A stretch of 64,000 nt of DNA from Nitrospirota bacterium (lineage in GTDB: Bacteria > Nitrospirota > UBA9217), in assembly GCA_035490495.1 (NCBI GenBank), contig DATHDE010000085.1:1885-65884 (forward strand). Reading direction: 5' to 3'. This document shows positions 9,958 through 22,371 of this stretch, in pieces. Position 1 is the stretch's first letter. The number at the start of each line of letters is the position of its first letter. A program made the position numbers and the translations under genes. The notes beneath the pieces were generated by a model. That model did not search any database, had not been told where the DNA came from, and saw only the letters and a program-made list of their open reading frames with translations.

Positions 9958-10755
9958 TCAATAACTTTTCTTTTGAATCCTGTTTTCAAGCGCTTTGATC
10001 TTGATCTGAATGGCCTCGCTGTTCGGATAGACCGGCTCCAGATCCTTGTACAGGGCAAGGGCCTCTTTCAGCCGATCGCCCAGCTCCAGGCACTCGGCAA
10101 GGGCGAATTTAGCCTTTATCACGAGTTCCTTTTCCTCGTTGTTCTCGAGGGCTCGGCGATAATACTGTTCCGAGAGATCCAGTTCTCCGCGTGAAAAAGC
10201 GGCGGTGCCCAGTCGAAAATAAGCGAGCCGCGACTGCTGACCGTTCGGGAATTCGGCGACCTGCTGCGTCCAGATCTCGCGCGCCTCTTCAATCTTGCCG
10301 GTTCGAAAAAGGCATTCGGCTACGCTGTACAGGCTCTTTTCCCGCACCTCGCGGTTCGTATACGAGGCCGCCTTGTGGTATTCCTCGATGGCCCGCCCGT
10401 AGTCGCTGTATCCCAGTTCGTAGATCTGGGCGATATACCATTGAGCATAGGGCGCCCGCTCCTTTCGCGGATAGGTTTTGAGCAGGAGCCGCAGGGTCTG
10501 GAGCGCTTTATCGGTTTCTCCAAGATAGAGAAACTGGGTTACCCCCGCCCAGTACAGAGCTTCAACGGCTTTGGGGCTGGAGGGGTGATCTTTGACGAGT
10601 TTGAAATACAGCTGGACCGCGGCCTGGTACTCGCCTGCATTCCAGCGCTTCGTCGCAGCTTCATAATCGTTGCTCGCCGACCGATCAACAAAATCGCATC
10701 CTCCTGCCGCAAGAGCGCTGATCAGGAGTATAAACGCCAACCATCTCATCCTCAT
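9958..10755 (-). CDS. TPR-repeat lipoprotein (BamD/YbgF-like)
   Basis: Signal peptide plus lipobox ([10 protein letters not shown]) and repeated TPR-like helices. Its start overlaps the gyrA stop in an ATGA arrangement. Confidence 0.75.
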   Translation of the reverse strand: MRMRWLAFILLISALAAGGCDFVDRSASNDYEAATKRWNAGEYQAAVQLYFKLVKDHPSSPKAVEALYWAGVTQFLYLGETDKALQTLRLLLKTYPRKERAPYAQWYIAQIYELGYSDYGRAIEEYHKAASYTNREVREKSLYSVAECLFRTGKIEEAREIWTQQVAEFPNGQQSRLAYFRLGTAAFSRGELDLSEQYYRRALENNEEKELVIKAKFALAECLELGDRLKEALALYKDLEPVYPNSEAIQIKIKALENRIQKKSY

Positions 10756-13241
10756 GCCGAACCGGCGCCCTGGCCCATCGGGGACGTGTCGTTTTTGTCT
10801 CCGCTTGGCTCCTTTTCATCTTCCCGCTCTACGACCTTGGCGAAACTCACCACGCTGTCACCCTCGTCGATATCAAACAGACGCACACCCTGCGTGTTTC
10901 TGCCCTGGACCGAGATGTCACGAACGCGAATGCGAAGAATTTTTCCGTTCCCCGTAATCAGAATAATCTCATCTTCCTCGGAGACCTGGGCCATGCCCAC
11001 GACGCTGCCGTTCTTTTCGGTTGTCTTGATCGTGATGATGCCTTTGCCGCCGCGGCCCTGACTGCGGTAATCCTCGAGCGTGCTTCTCTTTCCGTATCCC
11101 TTTTCCGTTACCGTCAGGATGGTGGAATCGTCCCTCACTATTTCCATGCCCTTGACCTCGTTGCCTTCGTCAAGCCTGATGCCGATCACGCCCTTGCCTG
11201 TGCGTCCGATTTCGCGGACATCAGTTTCATTGAAGCGGATCGAAAGCCCTTCCTTGGTGCCGAGGAAAACATCGCGCGCGCCATCAGTCACTTCTGCGGC
11301 GATCAATTCATCGCCCTCCTCGAGGGTGATCGCGATGATGCCGGAGGGCCGCGGATGGCTGTAGGACTCGAGTTCCGTTTTCTTGATGACCCCCTGCTTT
11401 GTCGCCATCAGGGTGAAATGACCGGGCGTGAATTCGCGGACCGGAAGCGCCGCGGTGACTCGTTCGTCGTTCCTGATCTGGATCAGGTTGATAATGGCTT
11501 TCCCCTTGGCCTGCCTGCTTGCCTCGGGGATCTGATGCACCTTGAGCCAGTACACCCGGCCCCTGTTCGTGAAGAAAAGAATGTAGCTGTGCGCACTCGC
11601 GGTGAAGAGACGCTCTACAAAATCCTCTTCCTTGGTCTCCATGCCGATCTTGCCCTTGCCCCCGCGTTTCTGTGCGCGGTAGATGGCAAGGGGGTTGCGC
11701 TTGATATAACCGGCATGCGAGATCGTAATGACCATATCCTCATCCTTGATCAAGTCTTCGATCTCGATCTCCGAGGTCTGGGCCACAATCTCCGTCCTGC
11801 GCGCATCCCCGTACTCGGTCTTGATCGCCAGGAGCTCATCCCGGATGATCTTCATCACGAGCGCGTCCGAAGCGAGTATCTCGTTCAAGCGTGCGATCTC
11901 TTTCAGCACCTCTTCGTATTCCGCAACGATCTTGTCACGCTCGAGGCCCGTCAGACGCTGCAGGCGCATATCGAGTATGGCCTGGGCCTGGATCTCGGAA
12001 AGCTTGAACTCCCGAACCAATCCCTGCTTCGCCTCTTCAGGGTTCGGCGCCGCTTTGATGAGGGCAATGACGGCGTCGATGTTTTCAAGGGCAATCTTGA
12101 GGCCGAGCAGAATATGGGCGCGTTCTTCGGCCCGTTTGAGGTCGTACTTCGTCCTGCGCACCACCACTTCTCTGCGATGCTGGATGAAGTTCGAGAGAAG
12201 CTTTCGCAGGTTCAGGATACGCGGCTGGTTGTTCACGAGCGCCAGCATGATCACGCCAAACGTCGACTGCATCGCAGTATGCTTGTACAGCTGGTTCATG
12301 ATCACGTTGGCGATTTCGCCCTTTTTGAGCTCAACCACAATCCGCATGCCCTCGCGGTCGGACTCATCTCGGACCTCGGTGATCCCCGTTATTTTCTTGT
12401 CTTGCACGAGCTCGGCAACGCGCTCAAGCAGCCGCGCCTTGTTGACCTGGTAGGGAAGCTCAGTTACCACAATGCTCTCCCGGTCACCCTTGCCTTCCTC
12501 TATCACGGCGCGGGCGCGCATCTGGACGATGCCGCGTCCAGTCGTGTATGCCTGCTTGATGCCTTCATACCCGTGAATGAATCCGGCCGTAGGAAAATCG
12601 GGGCCTTTAACAGCGGTCATGAGCTCCGGGACGGTCACCTCCGGATTATCGATCATCATGACGAGACCGTCCACGACTTCTGACAGATTATGAGGCGGGA
12701 TGTTCGTTGCCATGCCGACCGCGATGCCGGCGGAACCATTTATCAGGAGGTTCGGCACTTTCGTGGGAAGAACGGACGGCTCGACCGTCGTCTCATCAAA
12801 ATTCGGCACGAAGTCGACGGTTTCCTTGTCGATATCAACGAGCATCTCCTCTGCCAGCTTCGTTAACCGCGCTTCCGTATAGCGGTAGGCCGCGGCGGAG
12901 TCGCCGTCCACACTCCCGAAGTTACCCTGGCCGTCTACCAGAATATAGCGCATATTGAAATCCTGCGCCATCCTGACCATGGTATCGTACACGGCACTAT
13001 CGCCGTGGGGATGGTACTTTTTTAAAACTTCGCCAACCACGCCGGCGCTCTTAGAATATTTTTTATTGTGCAGGAGGCCTTCGCGGAACATTGCATACAG
13101 AATCCTGCGATGCACCGGCTTCAGTCCGTCGCGCACGTCCGGCAGGGCCCGTCCCACAATTACGCTCATGGAGTAATCGAGGTAGGCTGTTTTCATCTCC
13201 TGCTCGATATTAACGACTGATTTCAGGTCCTGCGATTCCAT
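10752..13241 (-). CDS. gyrA: DNA gyrase subunit A
   Basis: 829 aa. AAMRYTE-like catalytic Tyr region ([11 protein letters not shown]), QRDR-type [11 protein letters not shown]-terminal beta-pinwheel repeats. Confidence 0.97.
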   Translation of the reverse strand: MESQDLKSVVNIEQEMKTAYLDYSMSVIVGRALPDVRDGLKPVHRRILYAMFREGLLHNKKYSKSAGVVGEVLKKYHPHGDSAVYDTMVRMAQDFNMRYILVDGQGNFGSVDGDSAAAYRYTEARLTKLAEEMLVDIDKETVDFVPNFDETTVEPSVLPTKVPNLLINGSAGIAVGMATNIPPHNLSEVVDGLVMMIDNPEVTVPELMTAVKGPDFPTAGFIHGYEGIKQAYTTGRGIVQMRARAVIEEGKGDRESIVVTELPYQVNKARLLERVAELVQDKKITGITEVRDESDREGMRIVVELKKGEIANVIMNQLYKHTAMQSTFGVIMLALVNNQPRILNLRKLLSNFIQHRREVVVRRTKYDLKRAEERAHILLGLKIALENIDAVIALIKAAPNPEEAKQGLVREFKLSEIQAQAILDMRLQRLTGLERDKIVAEYEEVLKEIARLNEILASDALVMKIIRDELLAIKTEYGDARRTEIVAQTSEIEIEDLIKDEDMVITISHAGYIKRNPLAIYRAQKRGGKGKIGMETKEEDFVERLFTASAHSYILFFTNRGRVYWLKVHQIPEASRQAKGKAIINLIQIRNDERVTAALPVREFTPGHFTLMATKQGVIKKTELESYSHPRPSGIIAITLEEGDELIAAEVTDGARDVFLGTKEGLSIRFNETDVREIGRTGKGVIGIRLDEGNEVKGMEIVRDDSTILTVTEKGYGKRSTLEDYRSQGRGGKGIITIKTTEKNGSVVGMAQVSEEDEIILITGNGKILRIRVRDISVQGRNTQGVRLFDIDEGDSVVSFAKVVEREDEKEPSGDKNDTSPMGQGAGSA

Positions 13242-13338
13242 AGGTTATTCTCTGTTCAAACGGCACGCGGCAAACGAGGATCTTGGTTTGTTATCTCTGC
13301 GCACTTCCTTGGACCGGCAGAGAATCTCGGAGTGCTGC

Positions 13339-15786
<2,448 letters not shown>

Positions 15787-15896
15787 TCATTCCACGAACA
15801 ATATGGTTCCCGACACAATTCATCCCATCAATGGTGCGCCGACATTACCAATAGTCCTGTGTGGACAATTCATGGCAATCGGCTGAATCACCACCA

Positions 15897-17012
15897 TCAT
15901 ACCCGCATCGGCATAACAACACACTTGTAAAACTCATCGCCTTCTTCAGTGATGAGGCAGGGGCTGAGCGGATCGCTGAGTTCAAGGTTGATATTTGCAT
16001 GATCCATCGCGGAAAGCACATCCATAAGATAGCGGGAGTTAAAACCGATAGCCAGTTCCTCGCCGTGGTACTCCACCATAACCTCTTCGTTCGCTTCCCC
16101 GACCTCCGGGTTGTTCGTTGAGAGTACGATACGGTTTTTATCGAGCTGCAGCTTGACTGCATTGGTTTTTTCCCGGGATAAAATCGAGACCCGTTTGACT
16201 GCGTGGGTCATTATGTCTTTGGCGACGGATATTTTTTTTGTGTTCTTTGCTGGTATGACCTGCTGATAGTTGGGGTAATTCCCGTCGATGAGCTTCGAAA
16301 CCATAATAAGGCTGTCTCTTTTGAACAGCGCATGGTTTTTGCTGAATCCGATGCGCAAATCAGCATTCGGCGTATCTTCCTCCAGTAACCGTCTGAGCTC
16401 CATCATTGCTTTCTTGGGAATAATGACGCTTTCATCCTTGTGTTTTGCATCGACGAAACGGTCGATCAGGGACAACCGGTGTCCGTCGGTACCCACCATT
16501 CGTATCGCCAAGCCTCCTTTGGCCTGGGTCATGTGTACAAAAAGACCGTTGAGTACGTATCGGGCGTCGTTTTCGCCGACGGAGTACAACGTCTTTTTAA
16601 TCATATCGCGAAGGGTTGCTCCGTCGATGGCGATCATTCCCTCTTCGGCAACATCCGGGAGCGCTGGAAATTCGTCTTTCGGCAAACCGACCAGCTTGAA
16701 TTGTGATCGGCCTGAACTGATTTTCACCCAATTGTTATCCTCGACTTTCAAAGAAAGATCTTCCGAGGGAAGCTCCCGGACGATTTCGTACACTTTCTTT
16801 GCAGATACGGCGATGGATCCGGGCTTTTCAACTTCTGCCGCATACCGACCGCGAAGGCCGATTTCAAGATCCGTGGCGATGATTTCGAGGCCGGTGTTTT
16901 CAGCATTCAGGAGCATGTTCGCAAGAATCGGCATGGTGTTTTTTTTCTCTACAACACCCTGAATCCTTTGCAGCCCCTTCAGGAATTCCTCTTTCTTTAT
17001 TTTAAGTTTCAT
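15897..17012 (-). CDS. dnaN: DNA polymerase III beta sliding clamp
   Basis: 371 aa with a three-domain clamp pattern (MKLKIKKEEFLKGLQRIQGVVEKK...). Positioned between dnaA and gyrB. Confidence 0.95.
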   Translation of the reverse strand: MKLKIKKEEFLKGLQRIQGVVEKKNTMPILANMLLNAENTGLEIIATDLEIGLRGRYAAEVEKPGSIAVSAKKVYEIVRELPSEDLSLKVEDNNWVKISSGRSQFKLVGLPKDEFPALPDVAEEGMIAIDGATLRDMIKKTLYSVGENDARYVLNGLFVHMTQAKGGLAIRMVGTDGHRLSLIDRFVDAKHKDESVIIPKKAMMELRRLLEEDTPNADLRIGFSKNHALFKRDSLIMVSKLIDGNYPNYQQVIPAKNTKKISVAKDIMTHAVKRVSILSREKTNAVKLQLDKNRIVLSTNNPEVGEANEEVMVEYHGEELAIGFNSRYLMDVLSAMDHANINLELSDPLSPCLITEEGDEFYKCVVMPMRV

Positions 17013-17099
17013 CTAGAGAAGCCTCCTGTCACAACCCGGAATAGTATCAGAAATATATGTAAATAGCAATAAAAATATCCGACGATTTACCCTCTATTT

Positions 17100-18428
17100 T
17101 CAATGCTTTATCTGCCTAATCAACATCTCAATTCTGGACCGCAAATCAGGCTCTTTTTCCTTCTTTTCCTCAATTACTTTACAGGCGTGAATGACCGTGC
17201 TATGGTCTTTTCCGCCGAAAAAGTTCCCTATTTCCGGGAGCGACGAGTTCGCAAGCGTACGGCACAGGTACATTGCTACTTGCCTCGGGAGCACGACCGC
17301 TTTTGTCCGGCGCTTGGACTTCAAATCGGACAATTTAACGCCGAACGACTCGGCAACGACTTTCTGTACGAGTTCGTTCGTAATGACCTTATCTCTGCTG
17401 TCGATGAGATATTTGAGTTCGTTTTTTGCGAGCTCCTGCGTGATCTCCGTGTTGGTCAATGATGAAACTGCGCCAAGCTTGACAAGGCCTCCTTCAAGCT
17501 CGCGAATATTGCTTTTCATCATCGAGGCGAGAAACGCCGCTACATCATCGGGCAGGCGAATTCCCCAGAAATCCGCCTTCTTTTTCAGGATCGCAATGCG
17601 TGTTTCTAAATCCGGCGTTTGAATGTCAGTTATCAAACCTGATTCAAAACGTGACCGCAGCCTCTCCTCGATATCAGGAATTTCCTTTGGCTGGCGGTCG
17701 CTTGTCAGCACAATCTGCTTTTGGGCTTCGTAGAGCGTGTTGAACGTGTGGAAAAACTCCTCTTGTGTTCGCTCCTTGCCCGCGATGAACTGAATGTCGT
17801 CGATGATTAACACATCCATATTACGGTATTTCTGACGAAATTCTTCCATCCGCTGATGACTCATGCGATTGATCAATTCATTTGTAAACTGCTCGGACGA
17901 AAGATACGCGACTTTCGTCCGTGGCGACTTGGACTGGATATGATGGCCGATCGCGTTGACGAGGTGCGTTTTTCCGAGACCGACGCCGCTGTATATGAAT
18001 AGCGGATTGTATGTTCTGCCTGGAGCGTCTGCGACTGCTTTGGCTGCCGCGTGAGCAAATTGGTTGCTTGGGCCGACTACAAAGGTGCTGAACGTATATT
18101 TTTTCTCGAAAAGACCTGATTTGTCCTCGCGGCCATCTTTTTTTTCTTCTTTTGAGTGACTGACGTTTCTCTTAACAATTTGAGGCGGGACAAAAAACTC
18201 AATTGCAATGTCATCTCGCTTTGTTACTTCCCTGATAACGTCAGTAAGGGTTCCCCAATGGTGTTCTTTTATCCAGTCACGATGAAACTTGCTGGGCACT
18301 TCAATGTGCAGTTTCGTGCCTTCTATGGATAACAATTTGGACTGACTGAACCAGGTATCATAACCCTGCTTAGACATTCGATTTTCAATTAGAAGCAGAA
18401 TCTCTTCCCAGATCTTTGCTTGATCCAT
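17100..18428 (-). CDS. dnaA: chromosomal replication initiator DnaA
   Basis: Start moved to MDQAKIWEEIL (ATG at 18428). AAA+ Walker A GVGLGKTH, and C-terminal DNA-binding signature (GGKDHSTVIHACKVI). Confidence 0.95.
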   Translation of the reverse strand: MDQAKIWEEILLLIENRMSKQGYDTWFSQSKLLSIEGTKLHIEVPSKFHRDWIKEHHWGTLTDVIREVTKRDDIAIEFFVPPQIVKRNVSHSKEEKKDGREDKSGLFEKKYTFSTFVVGPSNQFAHAAAKAVADAPGRTYNPLFIYSGVGLGKTHLVNAIGHHIQSKSPRTKVAYLSSEQFTNELINRMSHQRMEEFRQKYRNMDVLIIDDIQFIAGKERTQEEFFHTFNTLYEAQKQIVLTSDRQPKEIPDIEERLRSRFESGLITDIQTPDLETRIAILKKKADFWGIRLPDDVAAFLASMMKSNIRELEGGLVKLGAVSSLTNTEITQELAKNELKYLIDSRDKVITNELVQKVVAESFGVKLSDLKSKRRTKAVVLPRQVAMYLCRTLANSSLPEIGNFFGGKDHSTVIHACKVIEEKKEKEPDLRSRIEMLIRQIKH

Positions 18429-18477
18429 AAAATACCCCGAAAAAACCTCAATAAAACAAAGATGGTTACAAACATGC

Positions 18478-18497
18478 TTATCCACAGGTGTGGACAA
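18478..18497. promoter_or_regulatory. two convergent DnaA boxes
   Basis: TTATCCACA (18478-18486, perfect consensus) and TGTGGACAA (18489-18497, i.e. TTGTCCACA on the other strand, one mismatch). They lie 50-70 nt upstream of the dnaA ATG. Confidence 0.75.
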
Positions 18498-18921
18498 CAA
18501 AATATTTTGATTAATTTCTGATAGTTAGACGGCTTTTTGAGGATGGTTTGGCTTAAAAAAATTACCCCGTTTTCAGGCTTTTTTTGATATTCTCTGATCG
18601 ATAGGGGAATTCGCAATTCCAAGAATAATTATATCTGATTTTGAACTCTCTTTTCAATTGCGAGGCAAAACTATACCAGAACCCCCAGTTTCTGGCAAGG
18701 TATTTTTCTCACCGGGTAACATTAAACCAAACCGTATGAAATTTCATGATAAATATGTAGATAGACACCGAAATGATATGCTGGTATCGTTATTTCAAAA
18801 ATGAATTATGATTCATTATAAATTTTCTATGATGCAAGCGCTAAGTTAATTCACAAGAACAAGCAGCTGATAGCTCATCTCACATTTAATAATTAATGGA
18901 AATAATTGGTTAAAAAATTGC

Positions 18922-18950
18922 TTGACATCGCAACAGCAGCCCAGTACAAT
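18922..18950 (+). promoter_or_regulatory. sigma70-type promoter for the tusA/dsrE-like operon
   Basis: TTGACA (18922-18927), a 17-nt spacer, then TACAAT (18945-18950). GGAGG RBS at 19009-19013 precedes the ATG at 19023. Confidence 0.6.
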
Positions 18951-19022
18951 AAAACAATTGTTTCATCGGTGGCTTTTGGGCCGGTTTCTGGATTTTAATA
19001 AACTATGTGGAGGTAATCTGGT

Positions 19023-19265
19023 ATGTCATCTGATACCAAATTTGATCAACTTCTGGATGCCAAGGGTTTAAACTGTCCGCTTCCCATTTTAAAAACAAAA
19101 AAAGCCGTAGAATCTCTGAACAAGGGCCAGGTGCTCAAGGTTGAGACAACGGATCCCGGCTCGAAGAACGACATGGCTTCATGGGCGAAACGCACAGGCA
19201 ATGAAATCGTAAAATCGGAAGAAGGCTCTGGCACGTATACCTTCTTCATCAAGAAAACGGCATAG
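19023..19265 (+). CDS. TusA-family sulfurtransferase
   Basis: 80 aa. The CPxP active-site motif (GLNCPLPIL) near the N-terminus is typical of TusA/SirA. Confidence 0.85.
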   Translation: MSSDTKFDQLLDAKGLNCPLPILKTKKAVESLNKGQVLKVETTDPGSKNDMASWAKRTGNEIVKSEEGSGTYTFFIKKTA

Positions 19266-19270
19266 GGGGC

Positions 19271-19750
19271 GTGTCAATGGCTACGAAAAAAATGACTATA
19301 ATTGCATCCAAGGGAACGCTCGATATGGCATACCCTCCGCTCATCCTGGCTACTACCGCTGTGGCCATGGATATGGACGTGACGATTTTTTTCACGTTCT
19401 ACGGGCTTGAGATTATCAAGAAGCAGAATGCAGACAAACTTAAAATATCTCCACTCGGAAATCCGGCAATGCCAATGCCTGTTCCCATTCCGACGCTTGT
19501 TGCCACGATGCCGGCAATGGAAGCGATAGCCACATCCATGATGAAGGGCATGTTTAAGAAGCACGGGGTTGCAACGATTGGTCAGCTCCTCTCGCTTGCG
19601 CAGGAAAGCGGTGTTAAGCTCATTGCGTGCCAAATGACAATGGATGTTTTAGGCGTCAAGAAGTCTGATCTCATTGATGGTGTTGAAGTCGGCGGCGCTG
19701 CAACATGGATGGATATCGCTGCCGAATCGCAGGTAAATCTTTTTGTTTGA
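19271..19750 (+). CDS. DsrE/DsrF-like sulfur-relay family protein
   Basis: 159 aa. DsrE-like fold pattern (MTIIASKGTLDMAYPPLILATTA...IACQMTMDV with a conserved Cys). Six nt downstream of the tusA-like gene. The start may instead be the ATG at 19277. Confidence 0.65.
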   Translation: MSMATKKMTIIASKGTLDMAYPPLILATTAVAMDMDVTIFFTFYGLEIIKKQNADKLKISPLGNPAMPMPVPIPTLVATMPAMEAIATSMMKGMFKKHGVATIGQLLSLAQESGVKLIACQMTMDVLGVKKSDLIDGVEVGGAATWMDIAAESQVNLFV

Positions 19751-19771
19751 AATATATTTTTTTAATCATGA

Positions 19772-19802
19772 AACGGTTCCTTTTACGGAGCCGTTTTTTT
19801 TT
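19772..19802 (+). terminator. Rho-independent terminator after the dsrE-like gene
   Basis: AACGGTTCC / GGAGCCGTT stem (one G-U pair) with loop TTTTAC, followed by a T-run reaching 19802. Confidence 0.75.
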
Positions 19803-19853
19803 GCACATGCCTCTTACTGGACTTTTTAAATAAATTATGATACAAAACGGATC

Positions 19854-20171
19854 ATGCTCATACCGCCTAATTTAAAATATGACGACAAGGGGTTAATTCC
19901 CGCCGTAATCCAGGATTGGAAAACCAAGGATATTCTCATGGTAGCGTATATGAACGAAGAATCACTCAGGAGAACGGTAGACTCGGGTCTCACCTGGTTT
20001 TGGAGCAGATCACGTCAGAAGTTCTGGCAAAAGGGCGAGACTTCCGGAAATGTTCAGCGTGTTAAGGATATCTATTACGATTGCGATCAGGACACGCTCC
20101 TCATTATGGTTGATCAGACAGGACCGGCATGTCACACAGGTGAACGCAGCTGTTTTTACCGTCGTTTTTAA
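19854..20171 (+). CDS. hisI: phosphoribosyl-AMP cyclohydrolase (monofunctional)
   Basis: 105 aa. GLIPAVIQD...[17 protein letters not shown]...CDQDTLL...[11 protein letters not shown] signature. Confidence 0.9.
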   Translation: MLIPPNLKYDDKGLIPAVIQDWKTKDILMVAYMNEESLRRTVDSGLTWFWSRSRQKFWQKGETSGNVQRVKDIYYDCDQDTLLIMVDQTGPACHTGERSCFYRRF

Positions 20172-20198
20172 ATTATTGTCACAAAGAGGAGTGCGCCT

Positions 20199-20552
20199 GT
20201 GAGTCTCGATCCAAATTGCATATTCTGCAAAGTCATTGAACGAAAAATTCCGTCCGCTATTGTTTATGAAGATGATAGGGCTATTGCATTTGAAGACATA
20301 AATCCGCAAGCACCGGTTCACACGCTCGTTATCCCGACACGTCATATCCAGGACATACACAGTATACAGGAAGGCGATCGTGAACTCATAGGTCATCTTT
20401 TCTTTGTAGCAAATAAAATTGCAGAAAAGAAAAGTCTCGTAGAGCGCGGATACCGTATAGTGATTAATAATGGTCGGGGTGCCGGACAAACGGTATTTCA
20501 CCTGCATCTTCACATCCTGTCCGGCCGCAGATTCTCTTGGCCGCCGGGATAA
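20199..20552 (+). CDS. HIT-family (HinT-like) nucleotide hydrolase
   Basis: 117 aa. CIFCKI-type N-terminus and histidine triad HLHLHIL. Confidence 0.9.
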   Translation: MSLDPNCIFCKVIERKIPSAIVYEDDRAIAFEDINPQAPVHTLVIPTRHIQDIHSIQEGDRELIGHLFFVANKIAEKKSLVERGYRIVINNGRGAGQTVFHLHLHILSGRRFSWPPG

Positions 20553-20845
20553 TAACAGAAGGATGTGAATTGTCATTGAGCAACGTGTGCAGAACCTCTC
20601 TCTCCCATCAATCAACGCTTTCTTCAGAAGCACCTCACAGAAATATGACAAGTATGTGTTGACTTTTTTTGTCTTCTGTTTCAGCCGTATTGCATAACCA
20701 TCCACATTTCAACATTCCCTACTATTACTACGACTATTTTTTTAATATATATTCATAATAGATTCTTTCCGTTCCTTTTATGCAAATTGAAGCAGCTTAT
20801 CTTGAAGTATTGCAAGAGAAAAGGAATTCATGGTATAAACATGCC

Positions 20846-21421
20846 ATGAAAAATATCGCCAACTTTCTATTTGAAGCAGGAATGCTCAAAAGAACACCGC
20901 GAAGCGGTTTCCAGTTCCTTGGTTCTGGTGCAGAATCCGTCGCGGAGCACATGTTCAGGACGATCTACATCGGATATGCACTTGGTCGAATGGCACAGGG
21001 GGTAAATGTTGACCGAATCATTAAGATGTGCCTGTTCCACGACCTGCCGGAAGCGAGAACGGGAGATCTAAATTATGTCAACAAAAAATACGTACAGGCT
21101 GATGAAATGAAAGCGGTCACTGATTTGACGGGTACCTTGCCGTTCGGAGAAGAAATTAAGGAATTGATCTGTGAATTTACTGAGGGTTCAACGGAGGAAG
21201 CAAAACTTGCCCGAGATGCGGATCAATTGGAAATGATTCTGGCTCTGAAAGAATACAAGGATCTAGGGAATACCTACGCAGAAGAATGGCTGGAGTTCTC
21301 TTTGAAGCGACTGAAAACTGAGAAAGCAAAGCAGCTTGCAGATGTTATTTTAAGTACGGATTCCTCTCTGTGGTGGTTTAGTGAAAAAGGCGACTGGTGG
21401 ATAAGCGGTGGCAAGAGCTGA
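20846..21421 (+). CDS. HD-domain phosphohydrolase (YfbR-like 5'-nucleotidase family)
   Basis: Start moved to MKNIANFLFEAGMLKRTPRSG. SVAEHMF...HDLPEARTGD metal-binding motifs. Confidence 0.8.
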   Translation: MKNIANFLFEAGMLKRTPRSGFQFLGSGAESVAEHMFRTIYIGYALGRMAQGVNVDRIIKMCLFHDLPEARTGDLNYVNKKYVQADEMKAVTDLTGTLPFGEEIKELICEFTEGSTEEAKLARDADQLEMILALKEYKDLGNTYAEEWLEFSLKRLKTEKAKQLADVILSTDSSLWWFSEKGDWWISGGKS

Positions 21422-21435
21422 AAGTACGGGACAGG

Positions 21436-21477
21436 AATGTTCCGCAATTGAATTGCTAGGAACGTTGAAGTGTTTTT
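21436..21477 (+). terminator. possible terminator between the convergent HD and Nudix genes
   Basis: Nested hairpin AATGTTCC-GCAAT-tga-ATTGC-ta-GGAACGTT (21436-21466), with a T5 run at 21473-21477 that is 6 nt away from the stem. Confidence 0.35.
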
Positions 21478-21520
21478 GATGAACCCTGTCTGCTCATGAA
21501 GAAGGCAATACTAATATTTT

Positions 21521-22051
21521 TTATCGGGCGATGGAGAAAATGACGGATTCATATGGGAACAGTCGCAGGCTCTGCAGGCTTTTTCTGGATGCAAGTGTCA
21601 GAGATTCAGCAGGAATGTCTGCAACGTTCATCCAGATAAAATCAGAGCATTTTTCAGGCTCCTTTATTTCAGGTGTTCCGTCAGCTATTCTGCAAAGAAA
21701 CGTCGGAGAAACCCAATGCTGATGTTCATCCGGAAGGATGTGATCAACAACATCAAGCAGCCGGAAAATCTTGATTGAGAAACCGAACTCTTCCCTGATC
21801 TCTCGCATAAGAGCGATTTCAAGTGTCTCACCAAACTCAACAGCGCCGCCGGGAAATTCCCACCTGCCGATTTCATTTCTTGCTTTTAAACCGCGCTTGG
21901 CGAGAAATATTTCATGTCTCTCGTTGAAAATTATAGCGCCAACACCAACGCCAATATAGTCTCTACCCTTTTTCAAATTGCACCATAAATGAAAATCGTT
22001 GTGTTTGTAAGTGCCGGGTCTCAGTTGAACGCGGTAAAGAGTATACACCAC
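21521..22051 (-). CDS. NUDIX hydrolase
   Basis: Nudix box GGAVEFGETLEIALMREIREEFG (Gx5Ex7REUxEExGU). N-terminal boundary uncertain. Confidence 0.85.
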   Translation of the reverse strand: MVYTLYRVQLRPGTYKHNDFHLWCNLKKGRDYIGVGVGAIIFNERHEIFLAKRGLKARNEIGRWEFPGGAVEFGETLEIALMREIREEFGFSIKIFRLLDVVDHILPDEHQHWVSPTFLCRIADGTPEIKEPEKCSDFIWMNVADIPAESLTLASRKSLQSLRLFPYESVIFSIAR

Positions 22052-22145
22052 AGCGGCAGAGGAAGCATCGCGTTCATGCGAGCAGGTTGTACTTTAACAA
22101 ACAAACGGAGGAAAGTCAAAACCCTGTTTACCAATGGTTTTTTGC

Positions 22146-22173
22146 TTGACATCCGTGCTTTTTAGATTATAAT
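22146..22173 (+). promoter_or_regulatory. sigma70-type promoter for rpmH-rnpA-yidD-yidC
   Basis: TTGACA (22146-22151), a 16-nt spacer, then TATAAT (22168-22173). AAGGAG RBS at 22202-22207. Confidence 0.6.
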
Positions 22174-22215
22174 AGCCCACTGTCTTAAATCATATTCATG
22201 CAAGGAGTTAGTACG

Positions 22216-22353
22216 ATGTCGGAAACAACAGCGCAAAAGAGCAATCTGAAACAGAAACGGGCACAAGGATTCCGAAAAAGAATGAGCACGGCGTCAGGAA
22301 GAGAAGTCATCAACCGCCGAAGAGCCAAAGGAAGAAAACGCCTCGCGTTATAG
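22216..22353 (+). CDS. rpmH: 50S ribosomal protein L34
   Basis: Not in the ORF track (45 aa). My translation is [45 protein letters not shown], matching the L34 signature (GFRxRM...GRxVLxRRRxKGRKxL). Lies directly upstream of rnpA. Confidence 0.93.
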   Translation: MSETTAQKSNLKQKRAQGFRKRMSTASGREVINRRRAKGRKRLAL

Positions 22354-22371
22354 CATTGCGGGGTTTTCTGC

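Larger units (their letters stand above)
18429..19022. other. candidate oriC / divergent promoter region
   Basis: 594-nt non-coding, strongly AT-rich gap between dnaA (minus) and the first plus-strand gene. All genes to the left are on the minus strand, and those immediately right are on the plus strand. Contains DnaA boxes and AT-rich runs (about 18720-18910). Confidence 0.55.

Noticed and set aside
11355-12683. Long ORFs antisense to housekeeping genes: 11355..12683 (+) in gyrA, 13828..14775 (+) in gyrB, 49564..50646 (-) and 50656..51591 (-) in mfd, 57762..59003 (+) in glgP, 5576..6544 (+) in dnaX.
   Set aside because: They lie entirely inside confidently identified genes on the opposite strand. 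Their products are low-complexity and Arg/His/Gly-rich, as expected for open antisense frames in GC-rich coding DNA, and they have no recognisable motifs.
20010-20705. 231-aa ORF on the minus strand spanning hisI, the HIT gene and the downstream spacer.
   Set aside because: It overlaps two well-supported plus-strand genes. The sequence has no motifs and an implausible composition, and there is no RBS.
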